Positions 1 to 8,798 of a stretch of 64,000 nt of DNA are shown piece after piece. The stretch lies in IMG/VR virus record IMGVR_UViG_3300037511_000475, one strand, 5' to 3'. Origin of the DNA: a virus. The notes under the pieces are model-generated. The model saw only the letters and a list, made by a program, of their open reading frames with translations. It was not told the DNA's origin and made no database searches. The first letter of the stretch is position 1. Each line of letters begins with the position of its first letter. A program made the position numbers and the translations under genes.

Positions 1-134
1 GTGGCAAGCTTAGCTTCGTAGAGTTTTGCAAGAATCACTCAGATGAGTATCCCATTGGCAACATCAAAGCAGAGTTTGAACGGGCAATGCAGCACCACTG
101 CATATTGATTTACGACAAGGACGAAGCTGCATAA
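1..134 (+). CDS. 3' end of a gene truncated by the window edge (hypothetical)
   Basis: Open frame from base 3 (GKLSFVEF...DKDEAA) to TAA at 132-134, followed by a terminator. Confidence 0.5.
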   Translation, partial: GKLSFVEFCKNHSDEYPIGNIKAEFERAMQHHCILIYDKDEAA

Positions 135-137
135 AGA

Positions 138-165
138 AAAGCCCATGGCGTCAACCATGGGCTTT
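138..165. terminator. bidirectional intrinsic terminator
   Basis: AAAGCCCATGG-CGTCAA-CCATGGGCTTT between convergent genes. Confidence 0.8.
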
Positions 166-191
166 ATGACTTTAGGAGAACCTAGCCAAAC

Positions 192-551
192 TTAAATACT
201 CAACAACCGATCGCCTACAACTTTCCGCACCCAGGCATGTTCCAAAAACGCCTTCAGCAATAGGCTGTTCCAAGTAACGGATTTTTTATCGGTGGTGCCC
301 ATTAACTCTAGGAACTTGTTGTAGTTACTGCGATCGCTCAATCCAATAAATCCTCTTTCGCTTTTATCCCAATCGGCTTCTAGCTCTTTTAGAAGTGACT
401 GGATGCGCTCATTAGTGATCGCCTCTTGCAGTAACACTGCATAGATTTTAGGTGCCATTCCTTCAACAGGAAAAAACTCGCGGAATAGATCTAAGGTATC
501 CGCTCGGAAAGGAATGTTGTGATAGGTAGGGCGATCGCGTCTCTGGCTCAT
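192..551 (-). CDS. hypothetical protein divergent from the repressor-like gene (cro position)
   Basis: ORF track 192..590; ATG at 551 (MSQRR) preferred because upstream codons overlap the operator motif. Confidence 0.6.
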   Translation of the reverse strand: MSQRRDRPTYHNIPFRADTLDLFREFFPVEGMAPKIYAVLLQEAITNERIQSLLKELEADWDKSERGFIGLSDRSNYNKFLELMGTTDKKSVTWNSLLLKAFLEHAWVRKVVGDRLLSI

Positions 552-553
552 AT

Positions 554-572
554 TGTATTGAAATAGAATACA
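554..572. promoter_or_regulatory. palindromic operator, motif A
   Basis: TGTATTG AAATA GAATACA. Confidence 0.75.
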
Positions 573-621
573 AAAATTGTAGCATAGCACAGAGATGGGG
601 GGCGATCGCCCCTAGTTGTGT

Positions 622-640
622 TGTATTGATGTCTGATACA
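622..640. promoter_or_regulatory. palindromic operator, motif A
   Basis: TGTATTG ATGTC TGATACA. Confidence 0.7.
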
Positions 641-656
641 CTTTAAACGCCAAGTT

Positions 657-1250
657 GTGTCTAGATCCCTGCTGATGGCTAACAGTACAACCCAGATGTC
701 ACGTCAACGAATCCCGTATACAGACGCCCAGATCCGGGGCATGAAAATCGTCGCTCAAATCCTGAAACAAGCCAGAACCCGTGAAGGCTGGTCTTTTCGT
801 GAATGCGCTGAGATTATTGGCGATCGCGCCGGGTATACATTTAACCATTCCAGGGTTCAACGCTTTGAGCGGGCAGGCACAGTCGTTGATAAGCGAACAC
901 AAGTAACGGAGGCCATAAATCCGCTGTACCTCAAAACAATACAGCCACTCACCCCTTACCCTTTAACGACATTAAAGGAGCTGTACGACGGCGAACTAAT
1001 AGATCTGTTTGATGAGGAGTCACCCGTGCTAGGAGCACTGATAGAACAAAAAGAAGATGAATTAGGTTCTCAGAAATTCCGGGCTGAATGCAAACGCCTT
1101 GGTTTGACCGAAGAAGAAATTATCGAAGCAAAGAAAGGCAACCTTTTATCAGGCAAGGTAATGATCGCTCTATCTTCCCTATTAAAGGTTCCCACGGATG
1201 AAGTGCAGCTAGCTGCACTTGCGCAACTAAACAACAACCTCGACAGTTAA
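657..1250 (+). CDS. XRE-family HTH regulator, candidate phage repressor, probably two HTH domains
   Basis: N-terminal LKQARTREGWSFRECAEIIG...HSRVQRFE HTH; second HTH-like segment at C-terminus; no S24 peptidase domain; two operators upstream. Confidence 0.75.
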   Translation: MSRSLLMANSTTQMSRQRIPYTDAQIRGMKIVAQILKQARTREGWSFRECAEIIGDRAGYTFNHSRVQRFERAGTVVDKRTQVTEAINPLYLKTIQPLTPYPLTTLKELYDGELIDLFDEESPVLGALIEQKEDELGSQKFRAECKRLGLTEEEIIEAKKGNLLSGKVMIALSSLLKVPTDEVQLAALAQLNNNLDS

Positions 1251-1266
1251 AGTTTTTGAAAGAGAA

Positions 1267-1310
1267 TCGACACAGCTAAATTAAGCACCCTGTTGATTAA
1301 GCTGTGTCGA
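1267..1310. terminator. long hairpin between convergent genes
   Basis: TCGACACAGCT...AGCTGTGTCGA, 11-bp perfect arms with an extendable inner stem. Confidence 0.6.
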
Positions 1311-1330
1311 TGCACTATCAGCGATTCAGC

Positions 1331-1588
1331 CTAATTGAAATCCGCCATTGGGCAGAGAACTTGCCGAGCGGTTTGATATAAATTACTAGCATGGCGATGC
1401 TTCGCAATGTCTATTGTTGTCATTAATTCTTCGCCCCAGTAAACGTCTATCAAATTGATTGATTTTTGCATTGCTTCCTGTTCAGCAGCAGGATACATTC
1501 GGTCAAAGTCGTCGAGGCAGTTTAGGTTCAGGGAGAACCTTCGTTGATGCGATTCGGACAGAGACATTTGTTCGAGCGGAGGTTTCAA
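1331..1588 (-). CDS. hypothetical protein, start uncertain
   Basis: ORF track; same strand as neighbouring operon. Confidence 0.4.
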   Translation of the reverse strand: MKPPLEQMSLSESHQRRFSLNLNCLDDFDRMYPAAEQEAMQKSINLIDVYWGEELMTTIDIAKHRHASNLYQTARQVLCPMADFN

Positions 1589-1690
1589 ATCATAATATTA
1601 ACGTTAATCTCCGTGGAAGACTAGCGACTTGCACGGAGATTAACACGGAGTTTATGTTAGTTTTAATTCCCTTGCGGAAGAGATCATTTG

Positions 1691-2086
1691 CTAGCGAGCC
1701 ACTAACTGTTTCTTGCTCTCCCAGCGAATAACCTTTAGGCTAGCCTGGATCCCTTGCCTGTAAATCCATTCAGTTGCATCAATCTGATTCCCAAACAGCA
1801 TCGGAACCCTGCACCCGTGTTCCAGGATCCCCACATCATTGATCAGTGATTCTTCGTACTCGCCGTCATCCGTATGTAATGCGATCGCCCATTGAACATT
1901 GACGCCTTTGATACTTTTAGAAACCCGATTTTCCATCAGGCCAAAAATTAGATCCCCATGGGGGGCATCGATTGACCTGGGCACCCCATCAATAATTAGC
2001 CAAACGCGATTATCAGCTAATTTTTCGATATAGCTAACTTTATTTAGGTCGATGAGGCGATCGCCAACTTGGTAGAGGTTCGTCAT
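1691..2086 (-). CDS. hypothetical protein
   Basis: 131-aa ORF, protein-like composition. Confidence 0.65.
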   Translation of the reverse strand: MTNLYQVGDRLIDLNKVSYIEKLADNRVWLIIDGVPRSIDAPHGDLIFGLMENRVSKSIKGVNVQWAIALHTDDGEYEESLINDVGILEHGCRVPMLFGNQIDATEWIYRQGIQASLKVIRWESKKQLVAR

Positions 2087-2121
2087 GGTTTTAGTTCCTG
2101 GTAGTTTAAAAACTTTGTGAG

Positions 2122-2832
2122 CTATGCCGATCGCTGGTGCTTGGGTTGATAATACGGACTGTTGTTGGGTGCAAGCCAGGGGTTTTGCTGTTGTGCCTGT
2201 CGGAGCATTTCCATTGCCGTTTCAGATCGTTGGAGAGTTTCGACCCCCACTCTTATCGTGCGGGCAAGTTTTAGCAATCCTAGTGTTTGCTTGTGTTCTA
2301 TAAGCAAGGCGATCGCCTCACGCACAAGCTCATCCGGCAAAACACCTTTGGGCCGTCCAACGGGTGCATTGATCGAAATAGGCTTTAACGGTGATTGGTA
2401 GTATGGGCTATTGCGTGGTGCAAGCTTGGGGTTTTGCTGATGAGCATCCTTGAGGATCTTGTTTGCAAAGGCTAGACTTTGAAACGACGTCAACGCAATC
2501 CCTATTTGCTTTGCAACACTTGCCTGCGTCAGAGTTTGGCCTTCATTGATCAAGGAAGCGATCGCCTGCTCGACATCCGCAGGCTGAAGATCCCGTGGGC
2601 AAATTCTGCCAGCATCCGGAGCCTCAGTAATTGAGAACTTTGAGCTGGCGATGATCGCATCAGCCATGTCGCCAAACTTGGCACGGATCGCCCGTTCTCC
2701 GTGTTCTTCACACCATCGCTTCTCGCACCGTTGATTTTCGCCTTGTTTCTCCCATTTCAGGATGGCGGTTTCTTGGCAGCTACAACAGAAGCCTTGCACA
2801 GTGCCGTGAATATAACGTGGCAAGCGGAGCAT
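2122..2832 (-). CDS. Cys/His-cluster protein with two tandem HTH-like repeats
   Basis: CCSC...C...CEEH N-terminus; repeat VEQAIASLI..G..LT..SVAKQIGI...QQNP.LAP.NSPYYQ twice. Confidence 0.7.
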   Translation of the reverse strand: MLRLPRYIHGTVQGFCCSCQETAILKWEKQGENQRCEKRWCEEHGERAIRAKFGDMADAIIASSKFSITEAPDAGRICPRDLQPADVEQAIASLINEGQTLTQASVAKQIGIALTSFQSLAFANKILKDAHQQNPKLAPRNSPYYQSPLKPISINAPVGRPKGVLPDELVREAIALLIEHKQTLGLLKLARTIRVGVETLQRSETAMEMLRQAQQQNPWLAPNNSPYYQPKHQRSA

Positions 2833-2969
2833 TACCGGGTACCTCCTTTGGATGCGATCGCATTTCGCTTCACCTGAATCCGCTGGTATTGCTCAGGCGT
2901 TACATCATAGAAATAGTTGCCGATCTGGATCGTGATCTTGCCTTCGTCAGGCTGAACAGCAGTTAGCAT
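2832..2969 (-). CDS. small hypothetical protein (45 aa, not in ORF track)
   Basis: MLTAVQPDEGKITIQIGNYFYDVTPEQYQRIQVKRNAIASKGGTR; TAA overlaps next ATG (TAATG). Confidence 0.55.
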   Translation of the reverse strand: MLTAVQPDEGKITIQIGNYFYDVTPEQYQRIQVKRNAIASKGGTR

Positions 2970-3000
2970 TGACTGAATACCCTCTTTAAGAACTCTTTAC

Positions 3001-3019
3001 TGTATTGTAATTCAATACA
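3001..3019. promoter_or_regulatory. palindromic operator, motif A (perfect)
   Basis: TGTATTG TAATT CAATACA, 4 nt before terL ATG, between divergent genes. Confidence 0.85.
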
Positions 3020-3023
3020 ACCT

Positions 3024-4496
3024 ATGCGGGCAATCCCTATTCTTAAAAATTCCGTGAAGGGTGCGATCGCGCCTCCTGCTGTTGAGTCTGGGTACAGGCT
3101 GCCTGATCCTCAGCCAGGTGGTCAGACTATATTTGCGTCTACAGATGCCGATATAGCTATATTTGGGGGCGCGGCAGGAGCGGGCAAGAGCCTTTCGTTG
3201 CTTTGCGATGCAGCTAAGTACATCGACAATCCTAAATATGGTGCTGTAATTTTTCGCGTAACGTCGCCTGAGATCACTAATGAAGGTGGCTTATGGGATG
3301 AATCCAAGGGCTTGTACACGGAACTGGGAGGGCGCGATCGCGAACATCTTTTAGATTGGCGGTTTCCCTCTGGTTCAGCTATCAGCTTTGGGCATACAGA
3401 CAAGCTCAAACAAAAATATCCAGGTGCCCAGATTGCGTACATCGGCCTGGATGAACTTGCATCTGAAGGTTGGACTTCTGATCTGTTCTGGTTCCTGCTA
3501 TCCCGTAACCGTTCAACCAGTGGGGTAAAACCTGTTGTACGGGCAACGTGCAACCCTAACGCTGATTCCTTCCTGGCTGACTTAGTGGCATGGTGGATTG
3601 ACCAAGAAACAGGCTACCCCATCCCAGAACGGCGCGGTGTAATCCGTTGGCTGTACCGAATTTCAGAAGAGATTTTCTGGGGTGATACCAAGGAGGAATT
3701 AGAAGAGAGGTTTCCTGAACAGGCGGCGATCGCCCCACCCAAAAGCTTCACGTTCATTTACGGCACCATCTACGAGAATAAGGCCTTACTAGATGCCAAT
3801 CCGCAATATCTAGCAAACCTGCTGGCACTGCACCCTGTCGAAATGGAGCGGCTGTTAAAAGGGAACTGGAAGGTGCGTTTCGAGGCGGGAACTATTTTCA
3901 ACCGCAATTGGTTTGAAGTAGTGGACTGGCTGCCAGGTGGCGCAGAGCTTTGCAAAGTCAGGTTCTGGGATTTCGCCTCTACTGCTGCATCGATGGCAAC
4001 CAGCACCAGTTACTATTCCGCTTCAACCAAGTGGGTGCGGATTGGGGATATTGATTACATCCTTGATTGCTACTGGGAACAGGTTGGAGGCGGGAATGAT
4101 GATTCAGTTAAAACCCTGGCTGAACAGGACGGTGCAGGCTGGTTGACTCGCTGGGAACTTGAAGGCGGTAGCGCTGCCAGTCGTTACGAAGCCCGATTGC
4201 AGGAAGACTTAGCAGGCTTTGATGCTTGCGGGGTTAAGCCATTAGGGGACAAGGTAACCAGGGCTATCCCCTGGGCACGACGGGCGCAGCAGGGCAAAAT
4301 TAAACTATTGCGTGGTGCGTGGAACGATCAGTTTCTATCCGCTGTCCACAACTTTGATGGTAAAAAAAGACCGCTTATCAACGATATTGTTGATAGCGGT
4401 TCTGGTGCTTATTCAGTTATTGAGGCAGAGGTTAGGCGATCGCCCGTTAGCCCTCCGATGGTTGGATCTAAGAAGTTGGCTAAGTTTGCGGGTTAG
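3024..4496 (+). CDS. terL: terminase large subunit
   Basis: Walker A GGAAGAGKS, Walker B YIGLDEL, motif III ATCNP, C-terminal RNase H-like RFWDFA...NDIVD. Confidence 0.93.
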   Translation: MRAIPILKNSVKGAIAPPAVESGYRLPDPQPGGQTIFASTDADIAIFGGAAGAGKSLSLLCDAAKYIDNPKYGAVIFRVTSPEITNEGGLWDESKGLYTELGGRDREHLLDWRFPSGSAISFGHTDKLKQKYPGAQIAYIGLDELASEGWTSDLFWFLLSRNRSTSGVKPVVRATCNPNADSFLADLVAWWIDQETGYPIPERRGVIRWLYRISEEIFWGDTKEELEERFPEQAAIAPPKSFTFIYGTIYENKALLDANPQYLANLLALHPVEMERLLKGNWKVRFEAGTIFNRNWFEVVDWLPGGAELCKVRFWDFASTAASMATSTSYYSASTKWVRIGDIDYILDCYWEQVGGGNDDSVKTLAEQDGAGWLTRWELEGGSAASRYEARLQEDLAGFDACGVKPLGDKVTRAIPWARRAQQGKIKLLRGAWNDQFLSAVHNFDGKKRPLINDIVDSGSGAYSVIEAEVRRSPVSPPMVGSKKLAKFAG

Positions 4497-4740
4497 GGGC
4501 GATCGCTTTTAGTACGCAATCCATTGCAGCCCTAAGATGCTCTTGATCGGTTGGATATTCCGCTATTTGAGCGAGTCTTGACTGCATCAAGCTTGTCTGA
4601 ATTGTTGGGAACCGCATCATCATATGTTCCTTGCATCCTTCAGCGTGAAGGGCGATCGCCTCATACCTGCATTGAGACTGTTTCGTTACAACATTTGCAA
4701 GAAACGCTACAAGTTGTATCAGTGCCTCTTTTTCATCCAT
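4480..4740 (-). CDS. hypothetical protein
   Basis: ORF track 4480..4806; ATG at 4740 (MDEKEAL) preferred. Confidence 0.55.
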   Translation of the reverse strand: MDEKEALIQLVAFLANVVTKQSQCRYEAIALHAEGCKEHMMMRFPTIQTSLMQSRLAQIAEYPTDQEHLRAAMDCVLKAIAPNPQT

Positions 4741-4966
4741 TGCGATCGCTCTTGCCCTTCGGCATAACTCCACTTGCCAAATACCAAATTGTTTTAGGCC
4801 ATCCAATCACCCTGGCTGCATCGGAAGCACACAGCCAAATCAAATACAGGAAACGACGCAGATTAAATAACTCAGGACTTGCAGCCAGCATCTTAGCTTC
4901 AGTCTTGTTCCGTTTCACTCTAAGCGTGATAGCGATCGCCTCTTCTTCAGTAACCCTCATAATCAC
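4733..4966 (-). CDS. hypothetical protein
   Basis: 77-aa ORF in a tightly packed minus-strand operon. Confidence 0.55.
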   Translation of the reverse strand: MIMRVTEEEAIAITLRVKRNKTEAKMLAASPELFNLRRFLYLIWLCASDAARVIGWPKTIWYLASGVMPKGKSDRNG

Positions 4967-4967
4967 C

Positions 4968-5174
4968 TCAATAGATTGGATTGAATCCTGGGACGTGCCT
5001 GCGTAGTGCGGCGATCGCCCTCCGTTTTGCCGTCAACAATTCAGGTTCAGGATTTGGCCCAATATGGCTGATTACCTGTTCGCGTTGCTGATGGGTAAGC
5101 CTTGCAAACTGCTCTGGCTCAAGCAGTTTTAGAAGGCTGTCATGGTCAAATGCACGTTCATTCATGGGAAACAC
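4968..5174 (-). CDS. hypothetical protein
   Basis: 68-aa ORF in the same operon. Confidence 0.55.
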   Translation of the reverse strand: MFPMNERAFDHDSLLKLLEPEQFARLTHQQREQVISHIGPNPEPELLTAKRRAIAALRRHVPGFNPIY

Positions 5175-5199
5175 TTCAACTCTCCGGACTGGTTAGGCG

Positions 5200-5757
5200 T
5201 TACGCAGTGACTTTTGGCTTCAATCTCTTCACCCAGTCCCACGCATCTTTTTTGCGTAACCGGACAGGCATAATCACACCCGTCACGGCAAAATCACCGC
5301 GATCGCCCGTGGAACAGAACTTAACCATAGTTTCAGCGTCAATAATGTCAAAACTGATAAACCCTTGTGTCGCGATCGCGGCTTCACAAATTTGCTTTAG
5401 ATAGTGCGGGTCAAAGGTGATCTTGCTGCCTTCCTGCGTAGAGATAACCTCAGCAAAGTCCTTGCCTTCGCCTTCAGCATCGCACCACAACTCAACATAT
5501 TCAATGTCATACTCGCATGTGCCCAGTTCGGCAGGTGACAGCATTGCAATCCGATCATCATTGATGTCTTCATCAAAATCTTTGCAAACAGCAGATTTAA
5601 CACGCTCAATCCGCATTAATAACGCGCCATCCGTAGAAGAGATAGAGCCTTTGCCAATATGGATTTTCTTGAATTGATCGGGTAACGACATTTTGCCGGA
5701 TGCCGACAAAGCAACCCACTGCAAAACTTTCAGCAATTTACTTGGAACCGTGCTCAT
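5200..5757 (-). CDS. DNA sliding-clamp (DnaN)-like truncated protein
   Basis: SSTDGALL resembles clamp ATDGHRL; ITFDPHYLKQI and GVIMPVRL resemble the clamp C-terminal motifs. Confidence 0.55.
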   Translation of the reverse strand: MSTVPSKLLKVLQWVALSASGKMSLPDQFKKIHIGKGSISSTDGALLMRIERVKSAVCKDFDEDINDDRIAMLSPAELGTCEYDIEYVELWCDAEGEGKDFAEVISTQEGSKITFDPHYLKQICEAAIATQGFISFDIIDAETMVKFCSTGDRGDFAVTGVIMPVRLRKKDAWDWVKRLKPKVTA

Positions 5758-6154
5758 GTTTGACAAATCTCCATTTTTCAAGTTGTTCTTTATCGCGTAA
5801 ATCACATGATTTCCGCCATTCAATCAAGGCAACCAAGGCCAAATCAAAACTCATTCCCTGCACCTGGCTGTCCTTTTCACCTCTTGAAAGCACCATCCAA
5901 GGCAAGTCAGCCGAAAAACGGTAGATGCAACCGATATACTCATCCGGTTTGCCATTGCCACACAAATAGATATCGTGATGGCTCATAAACGGCGCTTCTT
6001 CGGCATCTGCATCGCAAAAGTGGTTTACATCGAAATCACCATGCCGATAATGCTTTGCATCCAGCAGGGTGCGAGCTTTCCATGCGGGCACAGAAGGGGC
6101 GATCGCCCTCTCCGCTGGTGCATCTCTGAATAGATCAAGCTGCGCTATCATCAC
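5738..6154 (-). CDS. hypothetical protein
   Basis: 138-aa ORF coupled to the resolvase gene. Confidence 0.6.
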   Translation of the reverse strand: MMIAQLDLFRDAPAERAIAPSVPAWKARTLLDAKHYRHGDFDVNHFCDADAEEAPFMSHHDIYLCGNGKPDEYIGCIYRFSADLPWMVLSRGEKDSQVQGMSFDLALVALIEWRKSCDLRDKEQLEKWRFVKHEHGSK

Positions 6155-6704
6155 TCAACTCCAGCGATCGCTCTGTCAGCAACTTCGCGGCGTGCATCAT
6201 CAGCACAGCTTCAGCCCGGTTATGATTCCGGGCATACTTGCCATTGCGTGACTTGTAGAAAATCTGATCTCTGATAGATGGGTAGAGTTTGATAGCCAGG
6301 GCGATCGCCTGCTCTTCGTCACTCCCCACAATCCCCAGCACCGATCGCCATTGCGCTGGCACTGCATTAATCACCCCTACGCCATGAACCAGCAAAAGCG
6401 TCTTCACCGCTTCATGGCTACGAATGAGCCCTTCTGCGCTCGCCATCTTGCTGGTATCGCGGCTATCAATGTGAACCTGCTCAACCAGGGCGATCGCCCT
6501 CTGCTTTCCAATCCTTTGACTGATAATTTTGTTAAGAGCTACCGAGTCATGCTGATAGAACGAATAGCGCCCTACCTGCCGTTTTTCGGGCAATGTAGGC
6601 ACCCCATGTAGATGCACCGTCCCATCCGGCATCAAAAACGAAAGTACCCCGGAACTACTGCCAGGGTCGAAACCTACGTAAATTGTGGAATTAGCTGATT
6701 TCAT
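6135..6704 (-). CDS. RuvC-like Holliday junction resolvase
   Basis: YVGFDPGSSSG, ALVEQV, NHNRAEAVLM acidic catalytic pattern. Confidence 0.85.
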   Translation of the reverse strand: MKSANSTIYVGFDPGSSSGVLSFLMPDGTVHLHGVPTLPEKRQVGRYSFYQHDSVALNKIISQRIGKQRAIALVEQVHIDSRDTSKMASAEGLIRSHEAVKTLLLVHGVGVINAVPAQWRSVLGIVGSDEEQAIALAIKLYPSIRDQIFYKSRNGKYARNHNRAEAVLMMHAAKLLTERSLELSDDSAA

Positions 6705-6765
6705 GTTTAGGTAAAAGGCGATCGCACAAAGGAATAAGCGATCGCCTTGAGGTTGTTCACCTGAA

Positions 6766-6784
6766 TGTATTGTATTTCAATACG
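6766..6784. promoter_or_regulatory. palindromic operator, motif A
   Basis: TGTATTG TATTT CAATACG upstream of resolvase operon. Confidence 0.8.
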
Positions 6785-6794
6785 CTCTAGACGG

Positions 6795-7103
6795 TCAAGA
6801 ATCTTCTTTATCACGGCACAGATCACCGTTATCAGGGGTGAAGTTGTAAGCGTAAATTCGCTTCTGTAGCCGTCTTCGCATGTTCACATCTGCCCACCAT
6901 TGGCCCTTACACTGCTCACACTTGCAGTAGGTAGCATCTAAGCCAGGAATGGCTGAGCGCACCACGTAGGCCGTCTCTGCCTCTGTCCATCGTGGCTTCA
7001 GGAGTAGCTTGATAATGTCACACCCTTGATTGTTGGACTCGCCCGTGAGAGTGGTGTAGGGGCGATCGCACGAAGGTGCTTCGATTGGTTTAGATCTTGC
7101 CAT
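6795..7103 (-). CDS. hypothetical Cys-containing protein
   Basis: 102-aa ORF with CKCEQC. Confidence 0.6.
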   Translation of the reverse strand: MARSKPIEAPSCDRPYTTLTGESNNQGCDIIKLLLKPRWTEAETAYVVRSAIPGLDATYCKCEQCKGQWWADVNMRRRLQKRIYAYNFTPDNGDLCRDKEDS

Positions 7104-7131
7104 TTTCAGGGTGAACTCTTCACATATATAT

Positions 7132-7150
7132 TGTATTGTAAATCAATACA
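7132..7150. promoter_or_regulatory. palindromic operator, motif A (perfect)
   Basis: TGTATTG TAAAT CAATACA between divergent genes. Confidence 0.85.
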
Positions 7151-7179
7151 ATATAGATAGGTATTTAGAGGTTAAAGCT

Positions 7180-8379
7180 ATGAAGTATGCGAGCTCGATA
7201 AAGTTTCGCGGGCAATTAGTGGAGGCGATCGCCTGTGACTACGATGATTACAAGCGTTTAGGGCTACTGTGCCCAGTCTGCAAAGATCCGGTTTACTTGC
7301 GGAAAGATTCAGCCAGGGTGCAGGGCGATCGTACGGTCACTATTCCTGCCTGCTTCTGTCATTTCCCCAGCACTGATCCTGAACTTGCTAAGGCCTGTGA
7401 GAACCGTGTGGCAGGCTACACACAGGAAGAAGTGGAGAAGGCTAGGGCGATCGCACGTAATCAGCGATTGAAACTGTTGCAGCGTTGGTTTTGGGATATT
7501 GTTTCCCGGTATTTTATAGAAGGAGTGCGCAACAACGTAAAAGCTGAGATAGAAGCCAGTGAACTTTTTGTTCCTATTGTTCAGGCACAATCTAACGAAA
7601 CTTGCCCCGCGCCTGATGAACATTGGGCCGTAACTGAAAAAAAATCAATTTACATGAAAGCCGCAAAGCATTTGGGCGGAAAGTTTGCCGATGAAATTTG
7701 GGGTGGGTCGCTTGAATCTTTAATCGATTTTTTTGTTGATGGATGGAGCAAAGGGAATATTCCGATGATAAAGGGGCAGCATACCGCAAACATTTCGCTA
7801 TCCTCAGCCGACTTTGGTTTCTTGGGACGAATTAAACCGTCTCGGTTTGACTGGGAGATGCAAAAGCTAATATGCAAAGAAGTAATGTCATTCCTCTGCG
7901 CCAAGAGACAAAGGCAAATGCTTCAGACCCTTGTAGCCTGCGAGATGGGCGAAGCTACGTTGAAAGCAAAAGAAGGTGCATGGATCGCGGGCGTAAACAT
8001 TGACCGTGATGGAGTTGGAACTATAACAGCAGAAGGATGGGCGTCTCTAACAAAATTTGCCCGCGCAAATATTACGCAGCTAATCTGTGCGATTCCATGG
8101 GCTGACGAGTTTGAGCGTATCGGAGAGCCCACCACAAAAACTGCCGGAAAGAAGACGCGATACTATTTGCACGGCGATCGCCACGAAGTCAAGCCAAAAC
8201 AATACTACTGCGCTGCGTGCGACCTATTTGCACCGTTAGAGCATTTCTACAAAACAGGCGATTGCCACTGCAAAGACCACTATCAACGCTACCTAAAGAG
8301 CCAAGACACATGGAAAACCGTTTACGCTTCAAACCCTAACTATTACCGTCCAAAGGGAGCTGTAAGCCATTTCGCGTAA
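7180..8379 (+). CDS. protein with CoiA-like N-terminal zinc finger and a second C-terminal Cys cluster
   Basis: LLCPVCKDPVYLR...CFCHF...ACENR; C-terminal YCAACD...CHCKDH; ATG at 7180 preferred over 7111. Confidence 0.6.
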   Translation: MKYASSIKFRGQLVEAIACDYDDYKRLGLLCPVCKDPVYLRKDSARVQGDRTVTIPACFCHFPSTDPELAKACENRVAGYTQEEVEKARAIARNQRLKLLQRWFWDIVSRYFIEGVRNNVKAEIEASELFVPIVQAQSNETCPAPDEHWAVTEKKSIYMKAAKHLGGKFADEIWGGSLESLIDFFVDGWSKGNIPMIKGQHTANISLSSADFGFLGRIKPSRFDWEMQKLICKEVMSFLCAKRQRQMLQTLVACEMGEATLKAKEGAWIAGVNIDRDGVGTITAEGWASLTKFARANITQLICAIPWADEFERIGEPTTKTAGKKTRYYLHGDRHEVKPKQYYCAACDLFAPLEHFYKTGDCHCKDHYQRYLKSQDTWKTVYASNPNYYRPKGAVSHFA

Positions 8380-8400
8380 GCGATTGCTCCACTTCCTCTT

Positions 8401-8430
8401 AAGCCCTGCCATCAACGGCAGGGCTTTTTT
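8401..8430 (+). terminator. intrinsic terminator
   Basis: GCCCTGCC-ATCAAC-GGCAGGGC-TTTTTT. Confidence 0.85.
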
Positions 8431-8431
8431 A

Positions 8432-8590
8432 TTAGCCAGTGAGGCACTAGTCATCCCTACTTCTTTAATACACTTTTCATTACTACCCTCCCCCCCCTAT
8501 TATTTATTTTTTATTTTTAATCTCTATATTGAGGTGGGTAATGTAGAGGGTACTGAAGTAAAGCTAAATCAAGAGCTTCAGGGCTTCTAC
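8432..8590 (-). repeat. origin-like dispersed element, copy 1 (inverted, most diverged)
   Basis: Reverse complement CATTACCCAC...AAAATAAAAAATAAA...TAGGGGGGG... matches the cores at 43.8 and 51.9 kb; lies just past the primase-helicase stop. Confidence 0.65.
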
Positions 8591-8798
8591 CCAGACCCAA
8601 AAAGCCTACGAAAGGCCACACGAAAACCATAGGGCAATCGCCAGCCAACCCTTAAATGCAAAAATCAGCTAATTCTTCAATATCCGCGCAATGCAAAGAC
8701 TGAAGAATTAGCTGGTTTCTGGCTTGCTATCACAGCAAAACATGGCGATCGCTTTGTGTGGTGTGCGATCGCCCATGCAGCAGCTAAGGGGTTTACCC

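Noticed and set aside
472-483. AAAAACTCGCGG, a one-mismatch copy of motif B
   Set aside because: Lies inside a coding region and not before a structural gene; probably chance
3001-3019. Motif A as an NtcA or host LexA site
   Set aside because: NtcA is GTA-N8-TAC, whereas here GTA and TAC are 11 nt apart; it also does not fit the cyanobacterial LexA box RGTAC-N3-DGTWCB
4551-5006. + strand 151-aa ORF after terL
   Set aside because: Antisense to three tightly packed minus-strand genes and has no recognisable motif
4968-5174. Sigma-70 region-4-like resemblance in a 68-aa ORF
   Set aside because: The HTH core appears to be missing; resemblance too weak to call a sigma factor or activator
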